A DNA stretch of 59,895 nt, filler included, from Platydemus manokwari (taxonomy: Eukaryota), in NCBI GenBank assembly GCA_037951405.1. It is 5 parts of 5 records of this genome, joined end to end, with 100 filler letters (N's around TTAATTAATTAA, not from the genome) between each part and the next. Parts side by side here need not be neighbours in the genome. Positions count along the whole stretch, not along the records: positions 38,129 to 49,935 come from JBBMOY010463333.1; positions 50,036 to 59,895 come from JBBMOY011196099.1; 3 more parts are not named here. One strand, given 5' to 3'. The notes beneath the pieces are model-generated. The model made no database searches, had not been told where the DNA came from, and saw only the letters and a program-made list of their open reading frames with translations. Positions 38,848 through 53,600 of this stretch are shown here, one piece after another (position 1 is the stretch's first letter; every line of letters begins with the position of its first letter). A program made the position numbers and the translations under genes.

Positions 38848-41800
38848 TTCTGGTTTTTCAATGGTATTCAGCACGTCACTAATGGCTTTCTTTTCTTCGT
38901 CTGTTAATATCGTTCCAGATTCATCTGCACTCGAAGTTGGAGATAAATTTTTATCGGGTATAAAATGATGCTTTGAATTGGCTGATGCACTATCTGGTTG
39001 TTTTATGTTTGTTACAAATAAAAATAGGTAAAATAGTAAAAAAACTCTTTACTAGAATATGGTCGCTTTTTACGATATTTGGAATAGTGATTATGTGTTG
39101 TATATCCACTATATGCGTCATGAGTGATGTCATCACGACTGAAATTATTAGAACTACTATTGTTTATCGATTTGACATGACTATAACTAGAATCATTGGA
39201 TGTTGCTGGAGTTTTATTTGCATCGCTACTATTGGCTGGTACCACGTGACTATTTCGAATTTTGGAATAATAAATTGAATCGTCTAGTTGTGATGAATGA
39301 TGATATTGATGTGTCCGATGTTTCAGTGGCCGACTTTTAGAATCTGAAAATCGTATATTGTTTTGAGACGATGCAGAATAGTCAGTGTTTTGTATTCTAT
39401 CTTTGGATAATCGATCAATTCGTGAAAGTGTTGATTTTTCTGTATAACAATGGAGAAAAATGTGTATAATTTTCTGGGTAAAAAAAATAATAATGAACAA
39501 AAAACATCGATTATTTCACAACCAGAATATTTTCTTTAACATTCCTTTTAATTTTTCGTGCAGGAAACAATGATATTACAAATAAATTGTTTTTGATTTC
39601 GATGTTAGTATTTACAAATATTTTTTATACCTGTACTTTGTGTTCCATGACTTTGTCTAGCACCGTCAGAATTAGTGGTAACGCAAGTAATCCCTTGACC
39701 ATTTGGTAGCTGATTATTTACATTAACAGATTGTGATATATTTGTACCGTTTGTATAAAGAGGATAATTATTTGAATAAATTGGTATCGATGAATTTGTT
39801 TGATTTGATGTCTACAAAATATACCAAATTTTAATAATTATAAACAAAAATATAAAAGAGTAGCGGAAATATTATCATTGGACTTTAATCTTTTTTTATT
39901 ATTATCACTTCAAATTTGATGAGCTTAATATTCCCACAAACTCCAAACCAGTGGTTTTCAACAAGTGTTCCGCCACTACACTCCAGAGATTCTGCAATTT
40001 CTAAATGAGAACAACGAACAAATATCCTGCAATCGCCCAGAAAGAGCTACGACTTTTGTGCAATTTTCAACCTCATATTTGCGTGAATTTGATTTTTCAG
40101 TTCTGACAACCATCAAACACAAGAAACGAGTTCATTTGCTGTCTGTGGAAGATGAACTTCGAGTGTGTCTGTCAAAAACAGGACCGAATCTTAAAAAGTT
40201 GTTCAAGAAACACCAAGCTCAAATTTCCAACTGAGTTTTTGATAAGAATAAATTTAGTCTATTCAAACGTGTACAATTTTGTTTTCATTTCATCAACAAA
40301 CATGTTCAAAACTGTGAACATAAATACTTTTATTACATTTTAAAAATTAAATGTTGTTTCCTGCATAAAATAATTAAATTATTGCAAAGGGGTTCCTCGA
40401 GCCAGATGAATGTTTCCGTGGGGTTCCTCTCCATCCAAAAGGTTGAAAACTACTGCTCCAAACAAAGATAAATAGATATATTATTAATAATAATGCTTAT
40501 ATGTAGTTTACATCTCATTAAGAATAATTGAAATAAGATTAATAATAATCTGACAATAATAAATTTGCTAAGAAAACATGCGATAGTTCGTAAAGAACTT
40601 GTTGGGGACAATATGGTTATCTTTTTCCATTGAAAACAAAATAAAATTAATTCCAAAATAAAACTTAAAATTATTTAAAATTCTACAAAGGAAACATGAT
40701 TATTCTCGTTACAAATAGAAATGCGTATCAAAACATTGCCAACCAAAAAAATAATCACACCACACAGATTTTTGATAGAAAACATGAACAATTGCCGTAT
40801 AGATACTACTCTATCTATATAATCAGTTAGACTGGAAAATTTAACCAAAAAAATAACAAAATCTAGGAACTGTTAGATTTTTATGAGTGTATTGTAATCG
40901 AAAATTTCTAAAAGTAGAACAGATAAGCATTAATATAAAAAAATATATATATGAGGCACTTAAAACAACTGAATTCATAAATTGGCTATTAAAATCCTTT
41001 TTAATATAATAAAATTATAAAATAAAATACTGAGATTATTTTAATGATTGTTAATTGTCGTTTGTTTAAGATTTATTCGATTATTATAAAAAATGGTTTT
41101 CAAAATATTCTTTACAATTTAATTATCAAAACATTTATATTATGAAAATAAAACCAAATAATTATAACAATCAAAATATTCTAATAATAATAATAATAAA
41201 TATCGGTAAATTAATTATTATTTTTATTTAGGACAAATTAATATCATAAATCTATCAAAACCAATCGTAATGATTTTAATTGAAATTTACTGAAAACTTC
41301 TGTCAACCACACGACATATCTAAAATTCTCAGAATGGCACCAGTTCTGAGATTAATTATTTCAAATATATCTTTAAATATGAATTATCAGAAAAAAATCA
41401 AAAAATATTGCATAAAAATATAACAAAATGAACTGACATAAAATTGTGATTGAGGATTACTAGAATGAATATGTTGCACATGTGGCCCTAGGCATTGAGT
41501 AGGCTGATGTAAAGGACTTAAAATCACATGAGTAAGAATGCCATTTTCATCTACAATTTGTTGAACCATGTGACCCGGTGGTACTTGCATTGGCATTGGT
41601 GTTGGTGGACCACTGTTTGATACCATTCTTACCGTTGCAGGTCCTGAATATTATATTATATTCTGTGCAAATACTAAACACATAACATCGATAACTATAT
41701 TTTCAACAAATCCTACCCCTAAAGACAGTCAAATCATTCTGAACACAATTACAGCTAATGTATTACAAATCCATTTCTAAATCCTAGCTTACAGAACCAA

Positions 41801-44800
41801 AACACTTCAAAGTCTATCTCCAATAAACCTCAAATCTATTTCCTTATTCAGTTGCAAGAAAACCTATATTCTATCAAAGCAGTATCAATATTTCTATCCA
41901 GAATAAACATTTAATGATCAAAAATCTGATTTTTTGTGATTTCCCAACCAAAGACAATTGAATTGATTTTGTGTTTAATTATTGAAAAATTGATATTATT
42001 AATGATGCATCAATATTATTGCATCATTATCTTTTTTTAAAATATTATCCGTAATTTGATTGCATCTTTACGTATCAATGAATTATATATTATGTATGAA
42101 GAATGAGGAACTGAGTTGATTACTACTTAGACGTTTATCATCAAAAAACGTTAGCACCCTAACATGTAGGCGTTAGTGAATTGGGTCCCTATATATATAA
42201 TTATTTATAAATTTCTATTTTCTCTCTGCCACTACTACAGTAGGAATTATCAATCTACTCTCAAAACATAATCCCATTATACCTGGACATATGATTAGAT
42301 AAATTTAAGCTGCTTATTAAACGTCGAACAAATGGCATAGAATAAACATTATTTGAATAGTTCATTTATTATTGTTTTTTATCTACTCATGTTATACTAT
42401 TTTTATAATCATCCATTTCTCTCATTCAGTATTTTTTTTCCAAATAGTAAATTTTTGTCATTTAATAGACTGATTTTACAAATGACATTTAGTTAACAAC
42501 GTTATTTTTTCTGTTTAATCGATAAATGAAATAGAAATCACAAGAATATTCCCTGAATTGATAGTAGAAAAATTATGAAATTTTATAAAGTAATTTTAGA
42601 CCACTTTTTCTTTCAAAATCAGGGCATTTTTAATACACCGGATAAATATTCATTAAGAAAAATGGACCAGCATTAAATTGAAATTATAAAATAATTATCA
42701 CAATAATAATGACGTTGCTGGGAAATATGATTTTCTTTTATTTCATACAAATGAACGATATTGAATTAATCAAATGGTCCATTTTTAATTAAATGCCATG
42801 AAAAACAAATCAAATGGAAAAATAGAGTTAAAATTCCAAAATTTCAAAATACTGCAGTTTACGAAATAATTGAAATAATAATAATAAATTGATTTTTGCC
42901 TTCTTAGACCATCTAATGATATATTTAATAGAGAATTAGTGACAAAATTAGGGAAATAATTTAACAAAAATGTAAGAACTGGTTTATCCCATTGAAAACT
43001 TTGTTATCTTTATATTCTTCGAGCTTCATTTTATCCCACAAAAGCAATCCTTAATTTTCATAATGAATCATTGATATTTATTTCAACGTCAACCTAAAAA
43101 AGTCCCCTTTATCAATCAGATATGTATTTTATTTCCTCTATTAAATTCCAGTATTCCAATCTCTTCGTTGAAAATAGGTGAGATTTATTACAGTGTTTAT
43201 ATAGTTCCATAATTGATAGAAACGTTAATGAAGTATTATGATAATTGCGATAATTAAAACATATCATAACATTCATACAGATTTCAATATTAATGTATGA
43301 AGCTGGAAAACAATTTGTCCTGATTTCATAATTCAAAATCAATCAAGAATCTCATTGTCTATCGGTTTCTTTGAAATATAAATCTTTAATTTTAATAATA
43401 TTTTGAAAACCAAATTGTTATAATTATCAAAATTATTTTGGAAATTTTATCAAAATTAAGAAAATAAAACCGCATCGAAAGCTTGGCAATTATATCTATT
43501 CGATTAATTTTATTTATTAGAATACTTAATCTAATTAAATATTTGTTTCAGATCTAGTCAGATTCCAAGGTTAGTATATTTATATATCAAGGCTTTGATT
43601 TCCAGCAACCAGTTCAGAATTATGAATGTCTCTTTGTGCTGTCTTATTATTTCCTTCGCTCTTTATTATAAAGTGGAAAACTTGCTTATCGGGGTTTTAT
43701 TATAAGAAATCATAAATAATAACATCAATTAATCGATTTAACCCGTTAGCTCAAGCAATGGAAAATGTATAACTGAACTTGGTTAACATTATCTCGTCCA
43801 TTCGAAAAAATTAAACATGAACTAAGTTTACTAAAAACTGATACAAATTAGTTAATAACTAAATACAACCAATGATACACATTAGATCCATCAATAACGG
43901 GAAATGGGATTTTTGCCGCCATTCATATTTAGTTGTCAATCTATTTTTATCTGTCTAATGCATGTCAAATCGGGTTATACATTTTTACCATCAATCATGT
44001 CAATCAATTTTAACCACACACATTCACGCATCTTCAAACGAAAATTGAAAATATATTGCGATATTATTGGCAATCGTCTTTAGTAAATGGGGGATTGATT
44101 TTTGTTTAGAGTGATGTTAAACGATATGATATATTAATCCAAATTCGATTGTGATTCATATATATTGTAAGACACTCTAATTATTATTAATATTTATTAT
44201 AACTTTAAAAAATAAATATACATAAAAGAAACCATTAAATATGAGAATTATTAAATATTATTACTAAATTATCAGAAAAATTCAAGACAAATGGACATGG
44301 ACAGAAAAACTTATTATTTGAAAAACAAATTGATCGATATTGACAATAAAATGTTCTTTGACACTCAAACTATGAAGCCGATTGTCGTTTAAGTTGGCTT
44401 TCAAATAAATGTTTCCAATGTGAATAATGGATTGCAAATCGTATATTGTTGGCAATTCAAATTATCCAATTGAGAAACCGTTGACAAAAAATATATTCGA
44501 TCAATCGAATCAATATCATTTTTCAATTGAAATCTATCTCATTATCTAATATCAATTGCTTGTCACAAAATAATCAATCAATATATAATCAAAAAACATG
44601 TTTATAATTTTATATTTATTATCAATTATATTTAACATTTACAATGATAAAACAGTTACCAAACATATATTCCATTGATAAATATTAATCAATAAAATTT
44701 TTAATTAAAAAAAAATTTAAGAAAAAAAACTTAAAAAATTAAATCACCTGAAATATTTTGAATTTGATCGCCAACTCGAATGGAAAACGTTTCGCCCAGA

Positions 44801-45537
44801 TTAACATGCACCATAACGAAATGTTCACCCATGCTTGTATTTGATCCATTATTTCCACTAGGCACGGTAAAGGTGGAATTGTTCAGAATAGGTGGTGAAA
44901 CGCTTTGGTAACTGTGGGGACTGCTACCGCCGGAATTGTGAAATTGTTGATACAAATTGAGGTTCTGCGTCGATGAATGCTGAACGATAACGGGCGATGC
45001 GGTCGTCATTACTGGATTTGTCATGTAGTTGACAGAATTTATCGTTTCGGGATTTCCCGCAATACAGCCGTAATATGTATTAATGTTCGGATCCATTGGA
45101 TAAATCGGTGGGTTTTGCAATGTTACGGTTTGATAAGCATTTGATTCGCATATATTTGACGTGTTCATATTAAGACTATTGGGTCTGATGGGAGTTGTCT
45201 GGTTACAATTTGTAGCATATAAATCTTCGGAAAGACAATTTTCATTTTCATTTAAAGCACATTCATTAATATTTCTACAGCTAAATTGGCTTCCATATCC
45301 TTGATCGGTATATAAATAATCTGCCCCAATTTTTTGGTCATCCTGTAAAATATCGATATTTTCAGTTTTTTTAATAGTACTAGAATTTGATTTATCACTG
45401 CTCGCTTTGTGCTTCGGTATAAATTCCTTTGCACTTGAAGTCATGATGGATTTTTTAGAATTTTCGAATTGATCAGCATTATTTTTAACTGCAGATTGTT
45501 GAATATTAGTAATATTGGTTTTATTTTCTGAAGACAT
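38848..45537 (-). CDS. fndc3: Fibronectin type III domain-containing protein 3 (FNDC3A/B, Drosophila Mtgo) homologue, 5' part only
   Basis: Phase-consistent exons 45537-44748, 41643-41438, 39811-39631, 39439-39053, 38993-38848. The spliced product has the FNDC3 N-terminal motif VMVHVNLGETFSIRVGDQIQNISGPATVRMVS...VPPGHMVQQIVDENG and ends ISDVLNTIEKPE at the start of the first FN3 repeat. The rest lies beyond the contig end. Confidence 0.88.
39949..40455 (+). mobile_element. Internally deleted hAT Buster-type transposon (507 bp) in FNDC3 intron 2
   Basis: TIRs CAGTGGTTTTCAAC / GTTGAAAACTACTG and a perfect 8-bp TSD CTCCAAAC (39941-39948, 40456-40463). The interior encodes the transposase C-terminus FSTSYLREFDFSVLTTIKHKKR...VEDELRVCLS...QAQIS. 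Confidence 0.93.
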
Positions 45538-48500
45538 TTTAATAATGTGTCATGAATTAATCTAAAATTAGTCTTTCATAAATTTTTAAAATCATTCAAA
45601 ATGCTTTAATAATTACAAGAAAATACAAATTTTCTATTCATTTTTATTATTATTTATAAAATTAATGAGTTGCCATTTTTTCAATAACCTTTACAACAAA
45701 GCAGTGATTTAACTAAAGATAATTTAAATAAACACAATTATGTAAAAATAATATTTATTCTATTTATTTTATCAAATTTTTAAATTCAATTGAAAATTAG
45801 TTTTTCTTTAATTTAAATCAAGCTTAATAATTCCATTAATTAAGTAATTTAGTAGCAAGTAAGCTTTAATTTTTTAATCAATTGAACAATATACGAACAA
45901 TATTATAATTATTTCAACATAAAACGAATGGTTAATCAACCTGGATTAATGTTTAATCAAATTCAGACTTAATTCTCAATGCTCAAATATGAAATTTGAA
46001 ATCATACACGAAAGTTTTGGTAATAATTTATTAATGTAAGGTATTGCCATCTCTTCAAACAATACCTCTGAAATCAGTGTGGAAAAATTTGGTTCTACTA
46101 ATTTTGAAATGTTATAACATTGCTTACTAAGTGGATATTGGAGCATAATATTGATTATGCAAAGGTTGAAACATTTTATTAACTAATAAAAATAGTTTTA
46201 AATGTTATAAATAAAATCAAGATAAAGAAATTATCATTTTAAAATACGGATCGGAATTTTTAAATATTTGCAAATAATTTTTTTTGAAAAAACTATTTAA
46301 AATATCCTATACTGTATTTGAATTTTTTAGAATACTTTTATACCCTGACAATTAATATACGGATCTCAAAGCCGATTAAAATCATAGAGTAGCTTTTATA
46401 TAATCCCTTATTGTGTACGGAGTTTTTCGAATAACTATATAAGGGAGAAAAATCTTCTTAATGTTCGTAAGGTCATTTGTACAACCATTTTTGAGACCCT
46501 AAAATAAAGAGAATTAATAAAAATGTCTGAAAAAGTAGAATTTCAGTGTGTTAGTTTATGTTCGGGAGTTTATTTTTAAGTGTCCTTAACAGCCAACCGT
46601 ATGTACATAGCTTAAATACTTCATTTTTAGTTAAATTAAAAACTTGTTATTAAGTCATATATATATTTTTAAAAATAATAAATATTTGCTGATTAAATTA
46701 TGACGGATTGTTAAATAAGATAAAATGCTAAGTGAAAAAGTAGTCATTTTATTTAGTGTTCCAAATAATTCATTGCAACGATAAAATAATAAGCAAAGAT
46801 AGAGCATATTTTATTAGAAGCGAATCTATCAATTTTTTCTAGTGACAATAGATATTCTAAACAAAAGTTTATAATATTTAGATCATTTTTAGAATGGTAA
46901 CAGATTTCAAAAATATCTTCATTGAATAATAACTTAAAATTTCGTGCAGAGTATTTAATGATTTAAATAGTGCTAGGCTTTGAAGATGTTTAGGGAGTAA
47001 ATAAACAAAACAGCAAAAGATAACTATAACAAAATAATCACTTACCTGCTTAAATGACCGGGTTACACAGTTTTTTTATTTAAAATTTGTTTTTATGATG
47101 AAATATTGCTATTAAAATTTAGCTTTATTTTAAGCATCAAACTGACTATATTTTTTTTGAAAACTACTTTAATATTTATATTGTTTTAAAATATTCTAAG
47201 TATACAAATAATGCCAGAAGTAATGGTGTCAAAAAATTAAACAGAAAATTAATTTTTATTTGCTGTAAATCATTATTTTAACAAAAACAATAATTTCGTG
47301 GTGATTTATGCAATAAATGAATTTAAAAATTAAGTTCTTCTACGATAATTGATAAATATATTTTATAACGTAGCTATTTGTATGTAGCGGTCTATTGAAA
47401 GGATTGTTGACCAGAGTAGTAATCTCAAAATGTTAATATCTCGATCGAATCCATTGTAGCCATGCATTTTAAATCTCAAAGTTATTTGTTAGATATATGA
47501 GGTGGTATTAATATCAAGTTTAGCAAATGTGTTATTTTATATTATATTATATATTATTTTATTTGTGATTCTGCTTCGATTTCTTTTATCCTATAAACTG
47601 TTAAGGTGATTAAGTTACCAGTTTGAGGATCAGTAGGGATATGATCGTTATTAGTAGCAATTAGGCTGAATAGTCAACAACAAATGTAAATTAGAGTTTG
47701 AATTCGATGTATAACTTGAACTGTGTAATAATAAACCAAGATTTCTTGAAATAATATATAATCAATAACCAAACGCTAAAGAAAAAATTCCAACGTGCAA
47801 AAAATGGACGTGGGACAAGGAATTATGTTGTGCACCTTAATGACAGTCAATGAGACTGCTCTAAAAGCCTTATTTAATTTATTTACTTGTGTATTAATTT
47901 ACGGTCGTAATCGTTGTGTAGCGTGGGAAAAAAATTCTTATAATTATATTATTGACTAAGTGATTTCCTGCATTCATTATCTATACAGTGTCATTTTTAA
48001 TCTAGAATATAAAATTAATAATTAATGAGTTGGTTATTTTCTAATATTAGATGAAATGTCGATAGTGGACGTGGTTGACTACATTCCTACCGAGAATATA
48101 TTGAGATAGTACTTTTGTTAGAGTCGATATGTTTTTCTTCAAGTGTGTGGAGGTTGTGAGTATCGAATGTTATTTGTTTCTATTATATATGTAGACTTTG
48201 CGTTATATCATTTAATTAATTAACTGACTCCAACAAGTCTTGTTAAATCATTCGATAAGTAAATATAACTAATGCAACAAATATGCACTGCATTAATGGA
48301 TTAAAAGAAGAATAAAGATGTATGGAGGTGATGTACTTGTAAACAAATATAAATAATAAAGGAATAATTCTATAAATAACCAAATGAATTCCCGATTTAG
48401 ATTGCTAAATTTAAATTTTTTATACATTGGATTTAAATTATCTTCTATTGTGATTATTGATTTTGTTGATTCAGTAGAACAAAGGGAATTTTAAAAATAT

Positions 48501-49702
48501 TTTTTAAAAACACTAACTCGATGAATTAAAAATTTGAGCTTGAATCGAGAATGGGTCGATTCCCGATATTTTCATTAACAATATTGAATGTTACACCTTA
48601 TTTGAATTGTGGGATTTGAGTACTCAAAAAATAAGTAATATATCAATTCATCCTCATGATTCAAGCTTATAATTTAAAAGACAGTTGAGAGTTGTATTAA
48701 TTTTGTTCGGCGGTGAGCCTAGATCTTCAAGTATAATAATAATTCTTTCCGATAACGGGTTCCCGAAAACACCTAAAATTATTATTAACTTCAATACTCC
48801 AACCCACCAACCATACTTTTATAAAATCATTGTAAAAGCTTGTGAATAAATACATTACATATAAAATATCCATGCAGAAATTTTAGTAATCACAACACAA
48901 AACAAACTGATTTAAAAATTTGTTTTAAAAATAAATAAAGCAATGACCCAAAGGCCCTCCACGCGGGTCCAAGTAATCCAAAACCTGATCCAATTCTTCA
49001 TTCAAACTGCTTAGCGACCAAAGACAAGTCTAAACAAATAATCAAAATAATAATTTACCTACTGGTAGTGATAATTCGATTGTAATATGATTTGTTAATT
49101 CTGATTAAAAAAAATAGAAGTTTAATTTAACTTTGCAAGTGTTAAGTTATTAATCCTCACGAAGATAATTAAATATTGATGTAAATTGTACTAGTCTGTC
49201 ATGTTTTATTTATTCCGATTTATTAAATATTTAAACTGTATAGCTTTTAAAAAGATTTATGATTCTAGATGTTTATAATGAACGTGAGATAGATTTATTT
49301 CAATTTTTTGTCGTAGTTTAAAGTTTGATTAACTTATTAACTAACTATGATTCGACCAGATGGAACATAAAAAATTAAAATTATTTAAAAAAGAAATTAT
49401 ATAATCTATTCAATTGGTAATATTGTTGGGATAGCACCACACATAGAACAAACCAAAAAGCAAACAAAACAAACTATATAAAAACTCCCTAAACCCCATT
49501 TAAATTTCATGCCCTGCAATAAATCCCCTATAGAGCCGACACGTGAAAACCCCATATAAATTATTACCATATAAATCACTAAATATTCGCCTTAGAATGT
49601 TTCCTAAAAGTATGGACTGAGCTGCTGCAAGCCAATATATCCTCCAATAGATCCTCCAAAATAAACAATTGACAATTGATTATAACAATAAAGCAGATTT
49701 GA

Positions 49703-49876
49703 TTTTTTTGCTTTTAATAGACTATTGTGTTATTGTTGGTAACGCTTTTATTACTGAATGTTATTCAATATTATTTAATTGGTTTTATTGATTTTTGCTT
49801 TTAATAGACTATTGTGTTAATGTTGGTAACGCTTTTATTACTGAATATTATTCAATGTTATTTAATTGGTTTTATT
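49703..49876. repeat. 87-bp tandem duplication (2 near-identical copies)
   Basis: gcttttaatagactattgtgtta.tgttggtaacgcttttattactgaat.ttattcaat.ttatttaattggttttatt starts at 49710 and again at 49797. Confidence 0.9.
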
Positions 49877-49935
49877 TTTGTTATGTAAAAATTCGGTGAA
49901 TGGTGGGGATGCAGAGAAAAGATTAAAATAAATAA

Positions 49936-50035
49936 NNNNNNNNNNNNNNNNNNNNNNNNNNNNNNNNNNNNNNNNNNNNTTAATTAATTAANNNNNNNNN
50001 NNNNNNNNNNNNNNNNNNNNNNNNNNNNNNNNNNN
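49936..50035. other. Artificial contig spacer
   Basis: N44-TTAATTAATTAA-N44. Confidence 0.97.

Positions 50036-50102
<67 letters not shown>
50036..50102. repeat. (AAT)n microsatellite at contig edge
   Basis: About 22 perfect AAT units. Confidence 0.95.
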
Positions 50103-50105
<3 letters not shown>

Positions 50106-50662
50106 TATTTATTAACAAAACAAGAGTCTCGGAAACTTGTAAACCAAATACCGTTAAACAAGACTCAACAAGTTAAAATCGCAAAAAATATTTTCAAATT
50201 TATCCCATATACAACATCGATTAATATCATTGTATGTCGAATTAAATATTGGAATATATTGGAATGAGACTTGTATGAAATATTTTAGCTAAGAAAAAAT
50301 TTAAAAATCAACATTAACGATTTTTGTAAAATATTAATAAAAATGGCAATCTGAATTGATAGAAAAACCGAAAAAATCAATAATGAGACGAATGATATAT
50401 TGATTATTTGTAATCATTTATAAAAACACAAAAAAATCAACAATAGTCATGTGATTGCAATGTAAAAAATAGTTTGATTTATTAACATAATAAAATTACC
50501 AACGAAAAATCATTCATGTCATGGTAAAATCAGTCAACCGAGAATTTATATATGTATGTATAACAAAACGAGTCTCGGAAATAAGAAATCCAAAATTCAA
50601 TAACATGTTGAGCTATCAGTAATAATTATGGATTTATTCATGCTTTGGAAAATGGGTTTAGA

Positions 50663-53600
50663 TCACAATTCAAATGGTGATACTGATATTTTCCTGTTTA
50701 CAGAATCTTCATGCACTATTGATGATGAAATGGTTTTGATGACAATAATTGGACCGAGGGTACCGTGACTGACTCTTCTGCTAAATTCGATCCAGTACGG
50801 TGATGCGATTGTGCCAGCGATAAACAAAAACAAAACACACCAAGGCGAAGACAGATATGATGAGGATGGTGATTCTAAAAATAAATGTAAAAAATTGTTG
50901 AAAAATTTATATAAAATAAACAAAATACAGCACATATGCAATCACAAATATTTAATAAGGTTGTTTTTGAAAAACATTTTGAAGTTGTTTTCAATAACTT
51001 TTACTGTTTACGCTTTTTCTACACAATAGACATCGTTAATTGGCAATGAGCGCAATATTTGTTCATGGTCTGCTGATTCCGCATAGAGCAGTGTATCCCA
51101 TCGATATAATAAGAGTTTTGTCTGTTTTGCGGCAATTATGCATGAACTATTTGATATTTATTTTGGAAGAGGTCGATACGTTTATCATACCGTAAATCAA
51201 TCAACCATAACGAGTGAGACATTAGGTGACATTGAACCGATAATGACTGTTTGACTTAATGAATCAATCAGTTAGCAAATTATGTTAAAATCGATTAATG
51301 ATTCTACCCGATAGTAATTAGAAGAACCAATTAAAGACTTATTGCTAGGCTACTTGATGAGATTATCAAAGGTTCTTGTTGTGGTAATTTTAAAGTCAAA
51401 TAATTTCAAAGAAAACCTTTTATAATAAAAAGTATTTTAATATTTGAAAATATAAATGATAAATTTAATTTTTTTGTATATATTGATTAAATATACTTTT
51501 GTGTGTTGAAATGCTTATTCGATTTGAATTTGTTTTTTATAAAATAGTATCACTACATTTCACTCTAATTTCGATTTTGAGTTGATTTCTGATCGTTATT
51601 GTGAATCTATTGATTGCTTTAAGTGCTCTTATCGGTTTAAATTCGATCTGAAAATTTGATATGAATGAGTTCTTGATAAATATATCAGTTGGATCAATAT
51701 TTGTCCGGTTATCGTTTCTTTGGTAACACTAAGGTTGAAAGAGATTTTGGCTTTCTGTATTAATTTCAAAGGAGAAGTTTATTTTATCAATTCTTAGAGA
51801 ATTCAACTCAATTTTCTTGAATGATTATACCAGGTTTTAGCTTATACTGAAAAGCTGTAATTTCCGGTGATAGGAATCACTGTGTGCAATTTGTTTACCG
51901 AATATATTGATGAGCCCAAATCATATTTTAAAAAATATGATGATTTTATTTCGATAAAAATTTATACGAGAGATTTGGCTTCATAAATACTGAAATATTA
52001 TTTGATCCATCTAAGGAAACAATGGTATTGAAACTGTAAATCAACATTTATGATAAAAATGACTTCATGAACATCATAAACACAAATTTTATTACCTGAA
52101 CCAATTGATAAATTATGTTCGGAAGATGAATCCAACCTCCGAGGAGCAATTATTTTCCAAAGATTTATCGGTATTGAAGCTAAAACTGATAGAAATGATG
52201 ATGGAATGTTTTTGAGTTTCGATCGCCTGGGAATATTTTCTGAGATATCGTTGATCTCATTTGGTTGACAAGGCACGATGATCATTGTTGAACCGACTTG
52301 ATTGTTCACAATTAAATCGACGGGTGACGAATCCCCCTTAAAGATAGTTATTATCGAAATTCAACATTTATCAAATGTAAAAATGCTCACCGATGAAGAT
52401 TCATTGTTTCTGTCAATGGCAACCGAATTCTGTTCAATTATTGATTCCTCTATCATTTCTTCTATCACGTCATCTTGAGAATTATTCTGTATCAAAAATA
52501 TTTTCTTAGATATATCCTCATAAATCGTTATTTCATTGTTATCCTCTCTTTCTTGGATAAACTCGGGATAAATATTCAATTCGCCTTCAATTTCCACTCG
52601 ATTCCCATCGGAAATCTCATCACTGATCACATGATTCGGTTGTGTTTCACCAATCTTAATTTATAATGATTATTAGAATCATACGTAAAGATCGGATGGG
52701 ATCTAATATTGACAGAACAGCTTTGACAGATCTATGAAAGACGTTAATTATTTTAGGAAAGTTTAAACGTTCAAATTCATAGTAAATCAGTACGATTCTT
52801 CAAGATCTCAAATAACCCTATATAGAAAATTTATAAGAATAAAATATTTGAAAAAAATTAATTAGTGATGAAGTTTTTTCTGTGTTTTTGGTGACAAGTT
52901 CTATTTAATTAAATTAAGAATTAGATTATGGCGTTGTCACTATCAGTGAATTGATTCCTTTCAAAATATAGGTTGCGTGAATAAATCAATAAGAATGAAA
53001 ATAAATAAGCTTTATTAATTCAATAATCATTAAATAGCGATATAATGATAGCGCTCAATTGTGGTTTGAACTTAATTATACAAAATGAATTCAATTGATG
53101 CGTTACTGATTGTGATGAGAAAAACGATGTGCATTTCTGAATGATGTAGCAAAGTATTGTCGACGGGTAATCTCTAGTTCAAGAAAAGAAGTGAATAGTG
53201 GATATATTTATAGACTAATGTGAGTAACCTATTTGTGCAAGTTTTCTCCTATATTGTTGGGTAAATAAACGACTTCTTTCGGTCGATGATTTTCCGACAT
53301 ACGCTTATAAATAATTATGGTTATAACATGATTAAAATTCCCTATTATCGATTATTTTTTTTTCTATTTTGTTGGCTTTGACCGGTGTGAAAGCAACTAA
53401 GAATAATGATCAAAGACAAACTCCATTACTTAAAAACAAGGATAGATTCAACTGATATCAATTAATTATTCGATAGAAAAATTTTATTTTCAGTGTAATA
53501 TCAAATTCATTGGAATATCTTTCTAATAATAGATTTTATTTGGTGCTAGTCTGTGATTAAACTGATAGTAAGCACGATGACAACAAATGATTCATACGAA

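Noticed and set aside
48550-48570. gggtcgattcccg as a tRNA T-arm
   Set aside because: No acceptor stem, D-arm or A-box can be built around it.
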